DNA from: a virus
Taxonomy: Duplodnaviria; Caudoviricetes
Direction: 5' to 3' (one strand)
Virus record (IMG/VR): IMGVR_UViG_3300036800_000125
Location: 1 to 60,506 of that record
DNA length: 60,506 nucleotides
The position numbers and the translations under genes are program-made. Under the pieces are notes generated by a model. That model ran no database searches, was not told the origin of the DNA, and saw only the letters and a program-made list of their open reading frames with translations. Positions 26,062 through 35,628 of this stretch are shown piece after piece. Every line of letters starts with the position of its first letter. Positions within the stretch are counted from its first letter, which is position 1.

Positions 26062-27415
26062 AGTTGAGCATCGTTTCGCCCCCCGGGGCGCTTGCAAGGA
26101 CCTCTTCTCCTGCCGCGACCCTGAGGTCCTTGTTGCTGGTCCGGCCGGGACTGGAAAGAGCCGTGCATGTCTAGAGAAACTCCACCTCATGTGCCTGATG
26201 AATCCAGGGATGCGCGGCCTAATCTGCCGCAAGACGGCGACCTCACTCTCGTCTACAGCACTTGTTACCTGGCGGAAGTTTGTCGTCGCGGAAGCACTGA
26301 ACTCCGGCGATGTGAACTACTATGGCGGCTCCGCCCAGGAACCGGCCTCCTATCGCTATCGGAACGGCTCGACTGTCGTTATCGGCGGCCTGGACAAGAT
26401 CGAGAAGATCATGTCATCGGAATACGACCTGGTGTATGTCCAGGAAGCGACGGACCTGACCGAGAACGACTGGGAAAGCATCACGACCCGGCTTCGTAAC
26501 TGGCAGGTCTCGTTCCAGCAGCTACTTGGTGACTGTAACCCGTCGCATCCGACGCACTGGCTCAAGAATCGCTGCGATCTGGGCCAGACGACGATGTTCC
26601 ACTCAACTCACGAGGACAACCCGATCCTGTTCGCGGACGGCCAGATGACCGAGCGGGGCCGCGCCTATCTTTCCAAATTGGACCGGCTAACCGGCGTCCG
26701 GCACAAGCGACTGCGCCTGGGCCTTTGGGTGGCTGCCGAGGGTGTCATCTATGAGGAATTCTCCGGCGAACATATGCTTGATGGCATCCCGGAGGAATGG
26801 CGAAAAGGTGAAGCGCTTGACCACGCAGGAATCCCAATCTCATGGCGACGGTACTGGGCCGTCGACTTCGGGTTCACCAACCCATTCACATGCCAGTGGT
26901 GGACCGAGGACCACGACGGACGTCTCTACATGTATCGCGAACTCTACCATACACGTCGGACTGTTGACCAGCATGCAAAGACTATCATGGCAGCGGTGGC
27001 TCCTGACGGGCGGTGGCTTGAGCCGCAGCCCACTGTCATTACGTGTGACCACGACGCAGAAGGACGGGTCGTTCTCGAGCGCGAAACCGGCCTTAGTACC
27101 TCCCCGGCTCATAAGGCCGTGACCGAGGGAATTCAAGCCGTTCAGGTACGGCTCCGGGACACGGGAGATGGCCGCCGCCGAATCTATCTCCTTCGTGATG
27201 CGCTGATCGAGAAAGATCCAGAGCTCGAGGACGCAAGTAAGCCAACCTGCCTGTACGACGAGATTCCTGGCTATGTCTGGTCGCGCAAGAAGAGCTCTGG
27301 CGAGCCAAAAGAGCAGGATGAGCCGAAGAAGGAAGATGACCACGGGGCCGATGCGATGCGCTACGTAGTCGCCGAGCGTGATTTTGGTATCCGAGCCTTG
27401 TTTAGGAGCGTGTGA
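26054..27415 (+). CDS. terL: terminase large subunit (PBSX/Terminase_3-like)
   Basis: GPAGTGKS Walker A, VYVQEA Walker B, DCNP, VDFGFTNP and DDHGADAMRY nuclease motifs; TTG start after GAGGAG. Confidence 0.93.
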   Translation: MPKVEHRFAPRGACKDLFSCRDPEVLVAGPAGTGKSRACLEKLHLMCLMNPGMRGLICRKTATSLSSTALVTWRKFVVAEALNSGDVNYYGGSAQEPASYRYRNGSTVVIGGLDKIEKIMSSEYDLVYVQEATDLTENDWESITTRLRNWQVSFQQLLGDCNPSHPTHWLKNRCDLGQTTMFHSTHEDNPILFADGQMTERGRAYLSKLDRLTGVRHKRLRLGLWVAAEGVIYEEFSGEHMLDGIPEEWRKGEALDHAGIPISWRRYWAVDFGFTNPFTCQWWTEDHDGRLYMYRELYHTRRTVDQHAKTIMAAVAPDGRWLEPQPTVITCDHDAEGRVVLERETGLSTSPAHKAVTEGIQAVQVRLRDTGDGRRRIYLLRDALIEKDPELEDASKPTCLYDEIPGYVWSRKKSSGEPKEQDEPKKEDDHGADAMRYVVAERDFGIRALFRSV

Positions 27416-27416
27416 C

Positions 27417-27575
27417 ATGTTCTCTATCCTCGCCGGGATCTTCCTGGTCATCCTCGCTTGTGTTCTGTGGTTCGGTCACATATCCCTGGAACATTCCATG
27501 GCCATCGTGATCGGCATCATCGGCGTGATTATCGCCCTGTATGGCGTTGTGCCGGACAGTTGGAGGCATCTGTAA
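27417..27575 (+). CDS. small 2-TM membrane protein
   Basis: AGGAG RBS; hydrophobic. Confidence 0.65.
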   Translation: MFSILAGIFLVILACVLWFGHISLEHSMAIVIGIIGVIIALYGVVPDSWRHL

Positions 27576-27889
27576 TGGCAGACAAAGAGAGCATCGAAGA
27601 GTTCGCCAAGAAGATCGGCGAAGCGGCTCAGAGCGAGATCAAGACGGGCGTCGTCCGTCCGGGCGATACCATCATCGTTGGGTTCAGTCGGCGGATCAGC
27701 GAGCAAGAGAATCACGAGATTCAGGACCGTCTGCATTTCTTTCTTCCGGATGTTCGTCTCGTGGTATTCCCCGAGGTCGAGGGGATCCGGGTCTACCGGC
27801 CGGACGGGGAAGGCATGTTATGTCTGTTATTGGGGAAAGCAGAAGCAGGCATGTTGTCCAGGTGGAAACTGAATATGCCGGTTTCGTAG
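27575..27889 (+). CDS. hypothetical protein (VVRPGD family, paralog 1)
   Basis: TAATG coupling; motif shared with the next ORF. Confidence 0.7.
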   Translation: MADKESIEEFAKKIGEAAQSEIKTGVVRPGDTIIVGFSRRISEQENHEIQDRLHFFLPDVRLVVFPEVEGIRVYRPDGEGMLCLLLGKAEAGMLSRWKLNMPVS

Positions 27890-28062
27890 TCCGGCCGGGC
27901 GACAAACTGATCATCGCCCTTGCTCGTGATATCAGCACGGAAGAGCGCAACGAGATCGAGATGGGGATCGGAGCGAAGCTGCCCGGCATCCAGGTGATCG
28001 CTGTTGACGGAGCGATCGGGATGGCCGTCTACCGCTCGGAAGGGAATAATCGTCGTGGCTGA
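27820..28062 (+). CDS. hypothetical protein (VVRPGD family, paralog 2)
   Basis: aligns with the preceding ORF. Confidence 0.7.
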   Translation: MSVIGESRSRHVVQVETEYAGFVVRPGDKLIIALARDISTEERNEIEMGIGAKLPGIQVIAVDGAIGMAVYRSEGNNRRG

Positions 28063-28372
28063 TAGCCTGGAGCAGTACCTAGACGATGTGCGAAAGAGCA
28101 TGTCTGATCTGCACCCGAACATCGCTAAGTACCCAGACATCGCCGCTATGGTCGTCCAGGAGACGGCGTACGGCATGTGGCGCAAGCATCGCGTGTACGA
28201 CCGAACCGAGATCATCTTTGGCGCACTCACACCGGATGGCAAGGCTGGATACACGATCGCCTTCCACGACCAGCGCCAGGCGGGCCGCGTCACATCGATT
28301 ACGCTCACGGCGGTTGAGTTCCGTGAGCTGGTCGAAAAGGGCGAGAAGATGCTTGCAGAGGACGGAGGCTGA
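28055..28372 (+). CDS. hypothetical protein
   Basis: GTG start; TGATG coupling downstream. Confidence 0.65.
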   Translation: MADSLEQYLDDVRKSMSDLHPNIAKYPDIAAMVVQETAYGMWRKHRVYDRTEIIFGALTPDGKAGYTIAFHDQRQAGRVTSITLTAVEFRELVEKGEKMLAEDGG

Positions 28373-28635
28373 TGGCACAGCATGCGCTCCATGCGCTTCC
28401 TCCGGTAGAGACCAGGCGGACTCGCTCACTCCAGTCCGTCCGGAAGAGGCTGGCCGCTCTTGGTGCGGTCTTCGAGCGGCCAGCCTCGATAGCTGTCGGT
28501 CACCTCAAGGAACACGGCTACTTCTTCCTCGCTGCCGGGTTTGCTGATGCTGCCGGGTTTGATCACTCGATGTTTACCGGCCTCATCGTGACGGCTGCAT
28601 CGTTCCTGGCTGTTGAGTGGAGGGTGAGCCGGTAA
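28372..28635 (+). CDS. small membrane protein preceding portal
   Basis: C-terminal hydrophobic hairpin; typical position. Confidence 0.65.
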   Translation: MAQHALHALPPVETRRTRSLQSVRKRLAALGAVFERPASIAVGHLKEHGYFFLAAGFADAAGFDHSMFTGLIVTAASFLAVEWRVSR

Positions 28636-30059
28636 TGCCAAGAACTTCAGCGCTCGGCGAACTGGGTCGTTCTCTTCGCAATCTTGCTGCGAACAGTCCA
28701 GTTCCCTTTGCTGACCGCTGGAGCGGAACTGGCAATGGCCTGTATGGGAGCGGCATACAGGACCGGAATACCATGATGCACGCGATGGACGGACAGAGCA
28801 CTCTGTACGCCATCGTTCAGCTTCTGTCCACCGGCAGCCAGGCGTACGGCGGCTGGAAAATGTACAAAACCGATCAGGATGGCCGCGTCCGCTATGCAAG
28901 GACGGACAAGGGGAGCGACCAGCGAATTGAGGTTCTGCGGCACCAGGCACTCAAGCTATGGAAGCGACCGAACCCGTTCATGACGGGCGAGCACTTCCGA
29001 GAGATTGGCTGGCAGCACATGGAGCTGGTCGGCGAGTGGTACTGGGTGATCAACCGGGGTCCTACCGGCCTGGGGATCCCCCTGGAGATTTGGCCGGTCA
29101 GCCCGGCGCGGATGGAACCGATCCCGGACAGGGAGAAATTCCTGGCTGGATGGGTCTACACCGGCCCTTCCGGCGAGCAGGTGCCGCTGAGCACTGATGA
29201 GGTTATCCAGGTCAAGTATCCGTGCCCCTCTGACATCTACCGGGGCATGAGTGCTGTTCAGTCCCTGCTCGCGGATATCGACTCGACTAAGTACAGTGCC
29301 CAGTGGTCTCGCAACTTCTTCCTCAACTCGGCGGTGCCCGGTGGAATCGTCACCTTTGCCAAGCGGCTCACAGACACAGAGTTCAACGAGTTCACGGCCC
29401 GCTGGCGTGAACAGCATCAGGGCGTGGCTCGCGGACATCGCGTGGGTATTCTTGAGCAAGGTGCTACCTGGGAGCCCAATACCTATACCGTCCGTGACAT
29501 GCAGTTCTACGAGCTGCGAACTCTGGGGCGGGACATCATCCGAGAAGCCTATCGTGTGCACCAAGCAATGCTGGGCCAGTCAACGGACGTCAACCGTGCG
29601 AACGCTGAGACTGCAGAAGAAGTCCATATTGCCTGGCACGAGATCCCGAGGCTGAATCGTCTCAGGACCATCGTCAACGAGTTCTACCTTCCAATGTTCG
29701 GACCGACAGGATCCGAGCGGGAGATGGACTACGATGACCCGAGGCCGTCAAGCGCTAATGACGCCAATGATGAACTGACGGCTAAGTCCAATGCCGTGTC
29801 TGTCTTGGTTTCTGCCGGGTATGATGCTCAGGATGCGGCTGAGGTGGTTGGGCTTCCTCCGATGAGATGGAATCCTCCGGCTATTACCACCGGGGCCAAG
29901 CCTCACGCCGACTCTGACGGGGTTGACAATCCTCCGAATCCGAAGAATGCGTCCAGATTGTCGCATCCGGAAAATCATGACAATTACGACCTAGAGCGGA
30001 ATGTCGCCACCTGGGTGAAGGAAGTCTGCGATTACGGGAGAGTGAAGGAACTGGTATGA
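28635..30059 (+). CDS. portal protein (HK97 family)
   Basis: RPNPFMTG, LVGEWYW, YRGMSAV, FFLNSAVPGG, NRANAE motifs; position after TerL. Confidence 0.92.
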   Translation: MPRTSALGELGRSLRNLAANSPVPFADRWSGTGNGLYGSGIQDRNTMMHAMDGQSTLYAIVQLLSTGSQAYGGWKMYKTDQDGRVRYARTDKGSDQRIEVLRHQALKLWKRPNPFMTGEHFREIGWQHMELVGEWYWVINRGPTGLGIPLEIWPVSPARMEPIPDREKFLAGWVYTGPSGEQVPLSTDEVIQVKYPCPSDIYRGMSAVQSLLADIDSTKYSAQWSRNFFLNSAVPGGIVTFAKRLTDTEFNEFTARWREQHQGVARGHRVGILEQGATWEPNTYTVRDMQFYELRTLGRDIIREAYRVHQAMLGQSTDVNRANAETAEEVHIAWHEIPRLNRLRTIVNEFYLPMFGPTGSEREMDYDDPRPSSANDANDELTAKSNAVSVLVSAGYDAQDAAEVVGLPPMRWNPPAITTGAKPHADSDGVDNPPNPKNASRLSHPENHDNYDLERNVATWVKEVCDYGRVKELV

Positions 30060-31522
30060 ACCGTAACACGCCCTGGCGGACGACCAGGGGAAGCCGCATC
30101 GTGGCCCTCGCTCAGGGACACAATGACTGGTACAAGATCAAGAACTCCAACGACGGCCCGGCTCAGCTGAGCATCTATGACGAGATTGGGTTCTTCGGGA
30201 TCACCGCCCACGACCTGATTTCTGATCTTGCCAGCATCACCGGCCCGATCGATGTCCATCTCAACTCGCCTGGCGGCGAGGTCTGGGATGGCCTGGCCAT
30301 CTACAACTGTCTCATGGCACGCGATGCCGTGACCATCTATGTTGACGGTATCGCTGCATCGATTGCCTCGGTGATCGCGATGGCCGGGGACAAGATCTGC
30401 ATTGCCCCGACCGCCCAGATGATGGTGCATAATGCTTTCTCGATGGCGATCGGCGATGCCAAGGATCTGCGGGAGATGGCCGACCGGCTCGAGGAGAACA
30501 CGGCGAACATTTCCACCATCTACGCGGCGCGGACCGGCCTCACGGCTGACCACTGGCTCGGCGTCATGGAGAAGGAGGGGTGGTACCGGGGCCAGGAAGC
30601 AGTCGATGCCGGGCTGGCGGACGAGCTGACGGAGCTCAAGGTCAAGGGCAAGGCCGCGGTCGCCGCCTCTGCAGCCAACTTCGATATGTCGGTGTACCAG
30701 CGTCAGCCAACGGCCAACGTGAGCTATGCCAAGGGTGGCATCCTTCCCAAGGGTGCGGACACGGTCACGGGTGGTGAGGACGAGGGTGTGGTCCAGGATG
30801 CTGCACACCACCCATACCATGGTCGCTTCGATGTCCATCACGAGCCGACGACCGGGAGCCACAGTCATAACCATGCCGATTTCGGGTTCGGTGATGGCGA
30901 CGATGGCATTCATGCTCATTCGCACACTCACGACAACGATGCCGTGCACATTCACAAGCACATGAGCCATGACCACAACCATGGTCACGAGGAGCCACAC
31001 AGCCACGCTCACGAGGAGGGACAGGAGAACTGGGGCCCTCATGACCACCCGCACACGCATCACGTGACTGATCCGGATCATGATGGCGACAACGATTCTT
31101 CGGCCTCGGGCGACACTGACCACGACTACGTGCTTCCTGATGGCTCGCCTGGACCGGCTGCCATGTCGAATGCGGCCTACGACAGTACCAGCTGGGATGG
31201 TAGCGCGGCGATGAGCTCGTGCCATAGCGCTTCCGACTTCCGTTCCATCTGTGCCGGCCAGCACAGCGCGGGCGAGCCGGACCAGCGACAGCACTGGGCC
31301 CTTCCCCACCACAAGCATCCCGGCTCACCGCCGAACAAGGCCGGGGTTACAGCGGCCCTGGGTCGATTGAACCAGACCCAGGACCTTACCAACAAGTCGG
31401 CCGCTGAGTCGCACCTGAAGGCGCACCAGCGGGCATGGGCTTCGGACACCAGCGACGAGGCCGACACGGTGATCTACTCCGACGCGGATGCAGCAGCGCT
31501 GCTGAGCGCACTGAAGGGATAA
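30056..31522 (+). CDS. ClpP-type capsid maturation protease with His-rich C-terminal extension
   Basis: HLNSPGGEVWDG, GIAASIAS (catalytic Ser), MMVHNA, EAVDAGLAD. Confidence 0.9.
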   Translation: MNRNTPWRTTRGSRIVALAQGHNDWYKIKNSNDGPAQLSIYDEIGFFGITAHDLISDLASITGPIDVHLNSPGGEVWDGLAIYNCLMARDAVTIYVDGIAASIASVIAMAGDKICIAPTAQMMVHNAFSMAIGDAKDLREMADRLEENTANISTIYAARTGLTADHWLGVMEKEGWYRGQEAVDAGLADELTELKVKGKAAVAASAANFDMSVYQRQPTANVSYAKGGILPKGADTVTGGEDEGVVQDAAHHPYHGRFDVHHEPTTGSHSHNHADFGFGDGDDGIHAHSHTHDNDAVHIHKHMSHDHNHGHEEPHSHAHEEGQENWGPHDHPHTHHVTDPDHDGDNDSSASGDTDHDYVLPDGSPGPAAMSNAAYDSTSWDGSAAMSSCHSASDFRSICAGQHSAGEPDQRQHWALPHHKHPGSPPNKAGVTAALGRLNQTQDLTNKSAAESHLKAHQRAWASDTSDEADTVIYSDADAAALLSALKG

Positions 31523-31525
31523 CTA

Positions 31526-32932
31526 ATGGCACCAACCATCACGCTGCCCACCCGCATGGAGGAGCTGGAGGAGATGCTCTCCAATCCTCAGCAGGTGCGG
31601 GACATGATGAACACGCCCGGCCAGTTCAAGGAGTTCATCGGGCTCTACGCCAAGAAGCAGTGGGAGAAGGACAACGATCTACAGAAGCAGATCCAGGAGC
31701 AGGTCCAGATGGCGATGGCGGAGTTCGCCACGCAGAACGGCATGGGCGGCTCTCGGCTGAACTTCTCCAATGCGCTTCCGGCTGAACTCGGTGGCGCCGC
31801 CAAGGCCGTGTCCCACGGCAAGGGCGCGGCCTATAACAAGGGTTCCTGGGGTGCGAAGCTCGAGACAGAGATGGGCGAGGCGCAGTTCGAGAACTCCGCC
31901 GAGTTCTTCCAAACCATTTGGCCCCGGTATGAGACGCTGCGTAACTCCCAGGCGCTGGGGGCGAAGCGCTCGAAGCTTCTCCAGGTTCAGAACTCCTTCG
32001 GTTCCGAGGTGCCGGCCGACGGTGGCTTCCTGATCCCGGAACGGCTCCGCTCGGAGATCCTGCAGGTGGCGTTGGAGAGCGCGATCGTTCGGCCGCGCGC
32101 TCAGGTCATACCGATGGACTCGCTGCGCGTGCCGATCCCCATGATCGACGTGACCAGCAACGTTTCGTCCGTGTTCGGCGGGATCGTCTGCTACTGGACC
32201 GAGGAAGCGGCGCAGCTAACGGAGAGCCAGGCGAGCTTCGGCCGTGTCGTGCTCGACGCCAAGAAGCTGACCGCCTACGCCGAGGTGCCTAACGAGTTGC
32301 TGGCGGACGCGCCCGCGTTCTCCTCCTTCTTCGACACCATCTTCCCGCGCGCGATCGCCTGGTTCGAGGACATCGCCTTCATGACCGGCACGGGCGTCGG
32401 CGAGCCGCTCGGCTTCATTAACTGCCCCGCATCGGTGAACGTGGCGGCGGAGGCAGGCCAGGCCACCCACACCATCGTCTGGGAGAACGTCATCAAGATG
32501 TTCGCCCGGATGCTGCCGACCGCCCTCTCCCGTGCAATCTGGATCTGCTCCATCGATACCTTCCCCGAACTGGCGACGATGGCTCTGTCCGTCGGCACCG
32601 GCGGTGGCCCGGTCTGGATGGGCAACTACACCAACCCTGGCGCGGCGACCCCGCCCGTCACTATCCTCGGCCGCCCGGTGTACTTCACGGAGAAGACTTC
32701 CGCGCTGGGCACTGCCGGTGACATCAACTTCGTGGACCTGGGGTACTACCTCGTCGGTGACCGCCAGATGATGCAGTCGATGTCGTCCGAGCACTACAAG
32801 TTCCAGAACGACAAGACGGCGTTCCGTGTCATCGAGCGCCTCGACGGTCGGCCCTGGATCCAGTCGGCGATCACCCCGCACAACAACTCGACCAACACCC
32901 TGACCCCGTTCGTCCAGCTCGCGGGTCGTTAG
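31526..32932 (+). CDS. major capsid protein (HK97 fold)
   Basis: DGGFLIPE, ELLAD, GTGVGEPLG, TILGRPV, ERLDG motifs. Confidence 0.95.
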   Translation: MAPTITLPTRMEELEEMLSNPQQVRDMMNTPGQFKEFIGLYAKKQWEKDNDLQKQIQEQVQMAMAEFATQNGMGGSRLNFSNALPAELGGAAKAVSHGKGAAYNKGSWGAKLETEMGEAQFENSAEFFQTIWPRYETLRNSQALGAKRSKLLQVQNSFGSEVPADGGFLIPERLRSEILQVALESAIVRPRAQVIPMDSLRVPIPMIDVTSNVSSVFGGIVCYWTEEAAQLTESQASFGRVVLDAKKLTAYAEVPNELLADAPAFSSFFDTIFPRAIAWFEDIAFMTGTGVGEPLGFINCPASVNVAAEAGQATHTIVWENVIKMFARMLPTALSRAIWICSIDTFPELATMALSVGTGGGPVWMGNYTNPGAATPPVTILGRPVYFTEKTSALGTAGDINFVDLGYYLVGDRQMMQSMSSEHYKFQNDKTAFRVIERLDGRPWIQSAITPHNNSTNTLTPFVQLAGR

Positions 32933-33071
32933 CAAGCTCCCTGCCGGGCAGGCAACGCTAGCCTGAAAGAGCGCTGGGCCGTCGGCTCGGCAGGGGTCGG
33001 GTAGGATTTTGGAAGACAAATCCGAATTAGCAGTAGTGCATTAACGCCCACTACCAAGAGAAGAGTTTCAA

Positions 33072-33581
33072 ATGGCAGGAATGGAAGCCCTCGGTCGCCT
33101 CTTCAATGTGATCCCGGCCGCCTCGGCCAAGCCCATCAAGATGCGCGGTGCATCTGGCGTCGCACTCCTCGCGTGGAATGCAACCGCGAGTGTTACGACC
33201 ACGCTGACGCTGACCCAGGACTCCACATTTGGTGGCAGCTTCTCCAATGGTGCGTTCGCCATTAAGAACGTGTACTGGACGAGTGCCCTCGACGGTACCG
33301 CCGCCTGGAACAAGGCGACATACAACCCCGGTACTGCTCCGTGGACCGGTACTTCGGCGAACAACGTGAGCGGACCGGCCAACGCGATCACGTTCAACAA
33401 TACCGCCCAGAACTTCGCAACGGCGGCGTGCATCCTCGTGCACGTTTTCACATCCGAACTGTCCGATCCGTACGACTACATCAAGGCCACGATGACGGGC
33501 TCGGGTGGTTTGTGCGTTGCCATCCTGAACGACCTCGTCGTTCAGCGTGGCCCGGCCAATCTTGAGATCCTGGGTGCCTAG
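33072..33581 (+). CDS. putative capsid decoration/virion protein
   Basis: beta-rich 169 aa directly after the capsid gene. Confidence 0.6.
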   Translation: MAGMEALGRLFNVIPAASAKPIKMRGASGVALLAWNATASVTTTLTLTQDSTFGGSFSNGAFAIKNVYWTSALDGTAAWNKATYNPGTAPWTGTSANNVSGPANAITFNNTAQNFATAACILVHVFTSELSDPYDYIKATMTGSGGLCVAILNDLVVQRGPANLEILGA

Positions 33582-33584
33582 CCC

Positions 33585-34067
33585 ATGAGCTCGCTGACCG
33601 GCTACTCCATCAAGCAGCTGATGCCCTACAAGGGCGTCGGGGCTGCACCTAACATCGCTGTCCAGCCGGGCAAGATTCTGCCGGCGACGGCGACCGGGAC
33701 GATCTTCACGGTGACCGGATCCGTCGTGGTTCTTGGTCTGGTGGCTGTCGTCTCTACTGTGTTCGCGGCCACGGCTGTGAATATCTCCGTTGGCATCACC
33801 GGAGCGAATGCAGCGATCGCTGCTAATCCGGCGGCCGCATTCAACGCGACGGCAGCCGGTGGGGTAATCCAGATGCCGGCTGTGCTCGGCGGGGTCCTTC
33901 CAGCCGCTGTAGCGGCGAAGGGCTCGGCTGCCAGCCTGGATGCGTTCGTTCTCAAGGGGACGAACGTGACCATCACCACCGACGCCACCAACACCGGCGC
34001 GCTTACCTGGGCTCTGCTCTGGGTCCCGCTTGCGCGTAAGACGCCCGGTTCGGTTACGGCTCCCTAG
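33585..34067 (+). CDS. virion protein (paralog of the next gene)
   Basis: LPATATGTIFTVTG ... TGALTWALLWVP. Confidence 0.7.
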   Translation: MSSLTGYSIKQLMPYKGVGAAPNIAVQPGKILPATATGTIFTVTGSVVVLGLVAVVSTVFAATAVNISVGITGANAAIAANPAAAFNATAAGGVIQMPAVLGGVLPAAVAAKGSAASLDAFVLKGTNVTITTDATNTGALTWALLWVPLARKTPGSVTAP

Positions 34068-34076
34068 GAGGATCTG

Positions 34077-34583
34077 GTGTCCGCCCTTCCGCGCCCGGCC
34101 GAACTGTTCGGTGCGTACTACGGCATGCTGGTTACGGGCGGACCGAAGACGCTGCCCGCCTCGACCACCGGACACATTTTCACGGTGTCCGGTGGCCGGG
34201 TAATCGTGACCACCCTGACCGGTGTTGTCACGACAAACATCCAGTCACAGACGACGACGCTATCCGTCGGCAATACGCCGACTGGTGGCTCGGCCTCGAC
34301 CACATCATTCTGCACCGCGCTGGACCTGACCGGGAAGGCGGCCGGGGTTTCCCTGGCCGTCCCCCAGGCCAAGACCAGCGCCCTGCTCGCGAGTGGCGCC
34401 GACGGTACGCTTCTGTGGAGCACATCAGCTGGTGCGCAGGGCATCCTAATTTCAAATGGCGGCCTCCTGCTCGTACCAGCCGGAACTATCGATGTGACCA
34501 CCGCGGCCACTAGTACCGGAGCTATTCAGTGGTCCGTCACCTATGTCCCGTATGATGCGGGCGCAACCATCACCGCACTGTAG
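34077..34583 (+). CDS. virion protein (paralog of the previous gene)
   Basis: LPASTTGHIFTVSG ... TGAIQWSVTYVP. Confidence 0.7.
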   Translation: MSALPRPAELFGAYYGMLVTGGPKTLPASTTGHIFTVSGGRVIVTTLTGVVTTNIQSQTTTLSVGNTPTGGSASTTSFCTALDLTGKAAGVSLAVPQAKTSALLASGADGTLLWSTSAGAQGILISNGGLLLVPAGTIDVTTAATSTGAIQWSVTYVPYDAGATITAL

Positions 34584-34594
34584 GAGATGAGACG

Positions 34595-34720
34595 ATGCCC
34601 CGTATTACAACGGCGGATGTAAGCAATTCCGACGCTCAGAAAGAAACAACCGAGCTAGTCCGTCAAGGCAAGCTTTGGATCACTATGTACTGGCCGCCGC
34701 TCGCGAGGCCAAGTAAGTAG
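34595..34720 (+). CDS. 41 aa hypothetical protein
   Basis: translated by hand; AGGAG RBS. Confidence 0.45.
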   Translation: MPRITTADVSNSDAQKETTELVRQGKLWITMYWPPLARPSK

Positions 34721-34728
34721 GAGGCAAC

Positions 34729-34956
34729 GTGTGGGACTGTGATCATTGCGGCTGCCAGGCGATCGCGGGCACGATCACCGTGTGCCCGATGTGCGGAACC
34801 CCACGAGAAGAGGTCGTGCCTGCGGAGTCGTCTGCATCGGATGCCTCCTCGCCCGCGATCGCCGTCGTGGACGACCGAGAGACGCCGCAGGCACCAGGTT
34901 CAGAAGAGACAGACGAAGAAGACTGGGGGTCGGCCAAGAATGGCAAGGTCAACTAG
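34729..34956 (+). CDS. RanBP2-like Zn-finger protein with acidic tail
   Basis: WDCDHCG...CPMCGTPR; AGGAGG RBS. Confidence 0.7.
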   Translation: MWDCDHCGCQAIAGTITVCPMCGTPREEVVPAESSASDASSPAIAVVDDRETPQAPGSEETDEEDWGSAKNGKVN

Positions 34957-35554
34957 TGCGGGGTCGAGCAACAACCCCCTTGAAAGGTGGGATGCGCTAC
35001 GTCGTGGTACCAGCTCCTCGACATCCGAAAGTGGGCTCGACAAGAGTGGCACTTCTGGAACGACCGACCGCCCATCGCCTGCCCCAACTGTGGAGAACCC
35101 CTCCTCACCGGCCCAAGTTCCCAGCCCAGCACCACTCTCTACTGCCGATTCGACGGATGGCAGTGGCCAAGAGACTACATCCAGCCCAGCGAGCCCGTCG
35201 GGCTCTTCGGAGGACTCAGCAGCGCTGAAGGAAGCTACCCCGGACCAGGTCCTGGAGGCTGATCTTGACGTTCCTGAGCCAGAGCCAGCCGTTGAGCCGT
35301 ACGCCGGCATCAGCGGCTTCGAGGCGATGGAACTAGCCCGAGACGAATACGCAAAAGGCAACCTTGACGAGTCCGAGCGACTTCTTGCGATAGCCGAAAA
35401 GCGGGGCGAGAACGCTTCGGCCGTCGCTAGGGCGCGCGGCTATATCGCCGGGGCCCGCGCGCGAGCCGTAGGGGCCGCTCCGTCCGAAAACGGGGCCTCC
35501 GGGGCCGGTCCGGGCGAGGCGGATCCGTCGACGGGCGGGTTCCTCGTCCCGTAA
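34940..35554 (+). CDS. Ser/Pro-rich protein with C-terminal helical (TPR-like) segment
   Basis: 204 aa from ATG 34940; ELARDEYAKGNLDESERLLAIA. Confidence 0.55.
   Translation: MARSTSAGSSNNPLERWDALRRGTSSSTSESGLDKSGTSGTTDRPSPAPTVENPSSPAQVPSPAPLSTADSTDGSGQETTSSPASPSGSSEDSAALKEATPDQVLEADLDVPEPEPAVEPYAGISGFEAMELARDEYAKGNLDESERLLAIAEKRGENASAVARARGYIAGARARAVGAAPSENGASGAGPGEADPSTGGFLVP
34987..35262 (+). CDS. Zn-ribbon protein nested in an alternative frame
   Basis: SWYQLLDI...ACPNCGEPL...YCRFDGWQWPRD. Confidence 0.6.
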   Translation: MGCATSWYQLLDIRKWARQEWHFWNDRPPIACPNCGEPLLTGPSSQPSTTLYCRFDGWQWPRDYIQPSEPVGLFGGLSSAEGSYPGPGPGG

Positions 35555-35628
35555 GCTACGCTTAACCCACAACCGCAGAGACGGCCAGCCTACCCGCGAG
35601 GGTTCTCAGCAAGAAAGCAAGGCAACGG

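Noticed and set aside
32930-33004. Capsid stop-codon readthrough (TAG CAA)
   Set aside because: The frame closes again after about 23 codons with no recognisable domain
30032-34175. Long antisense ORFs (e.g. 30032-31318, 32216-33019, 33051-34175; also 21637-22596 and 18875-19906)
   Set aside because: Shadows of GC3-rich sense genes with clear function or operon context; no RBS or motifs
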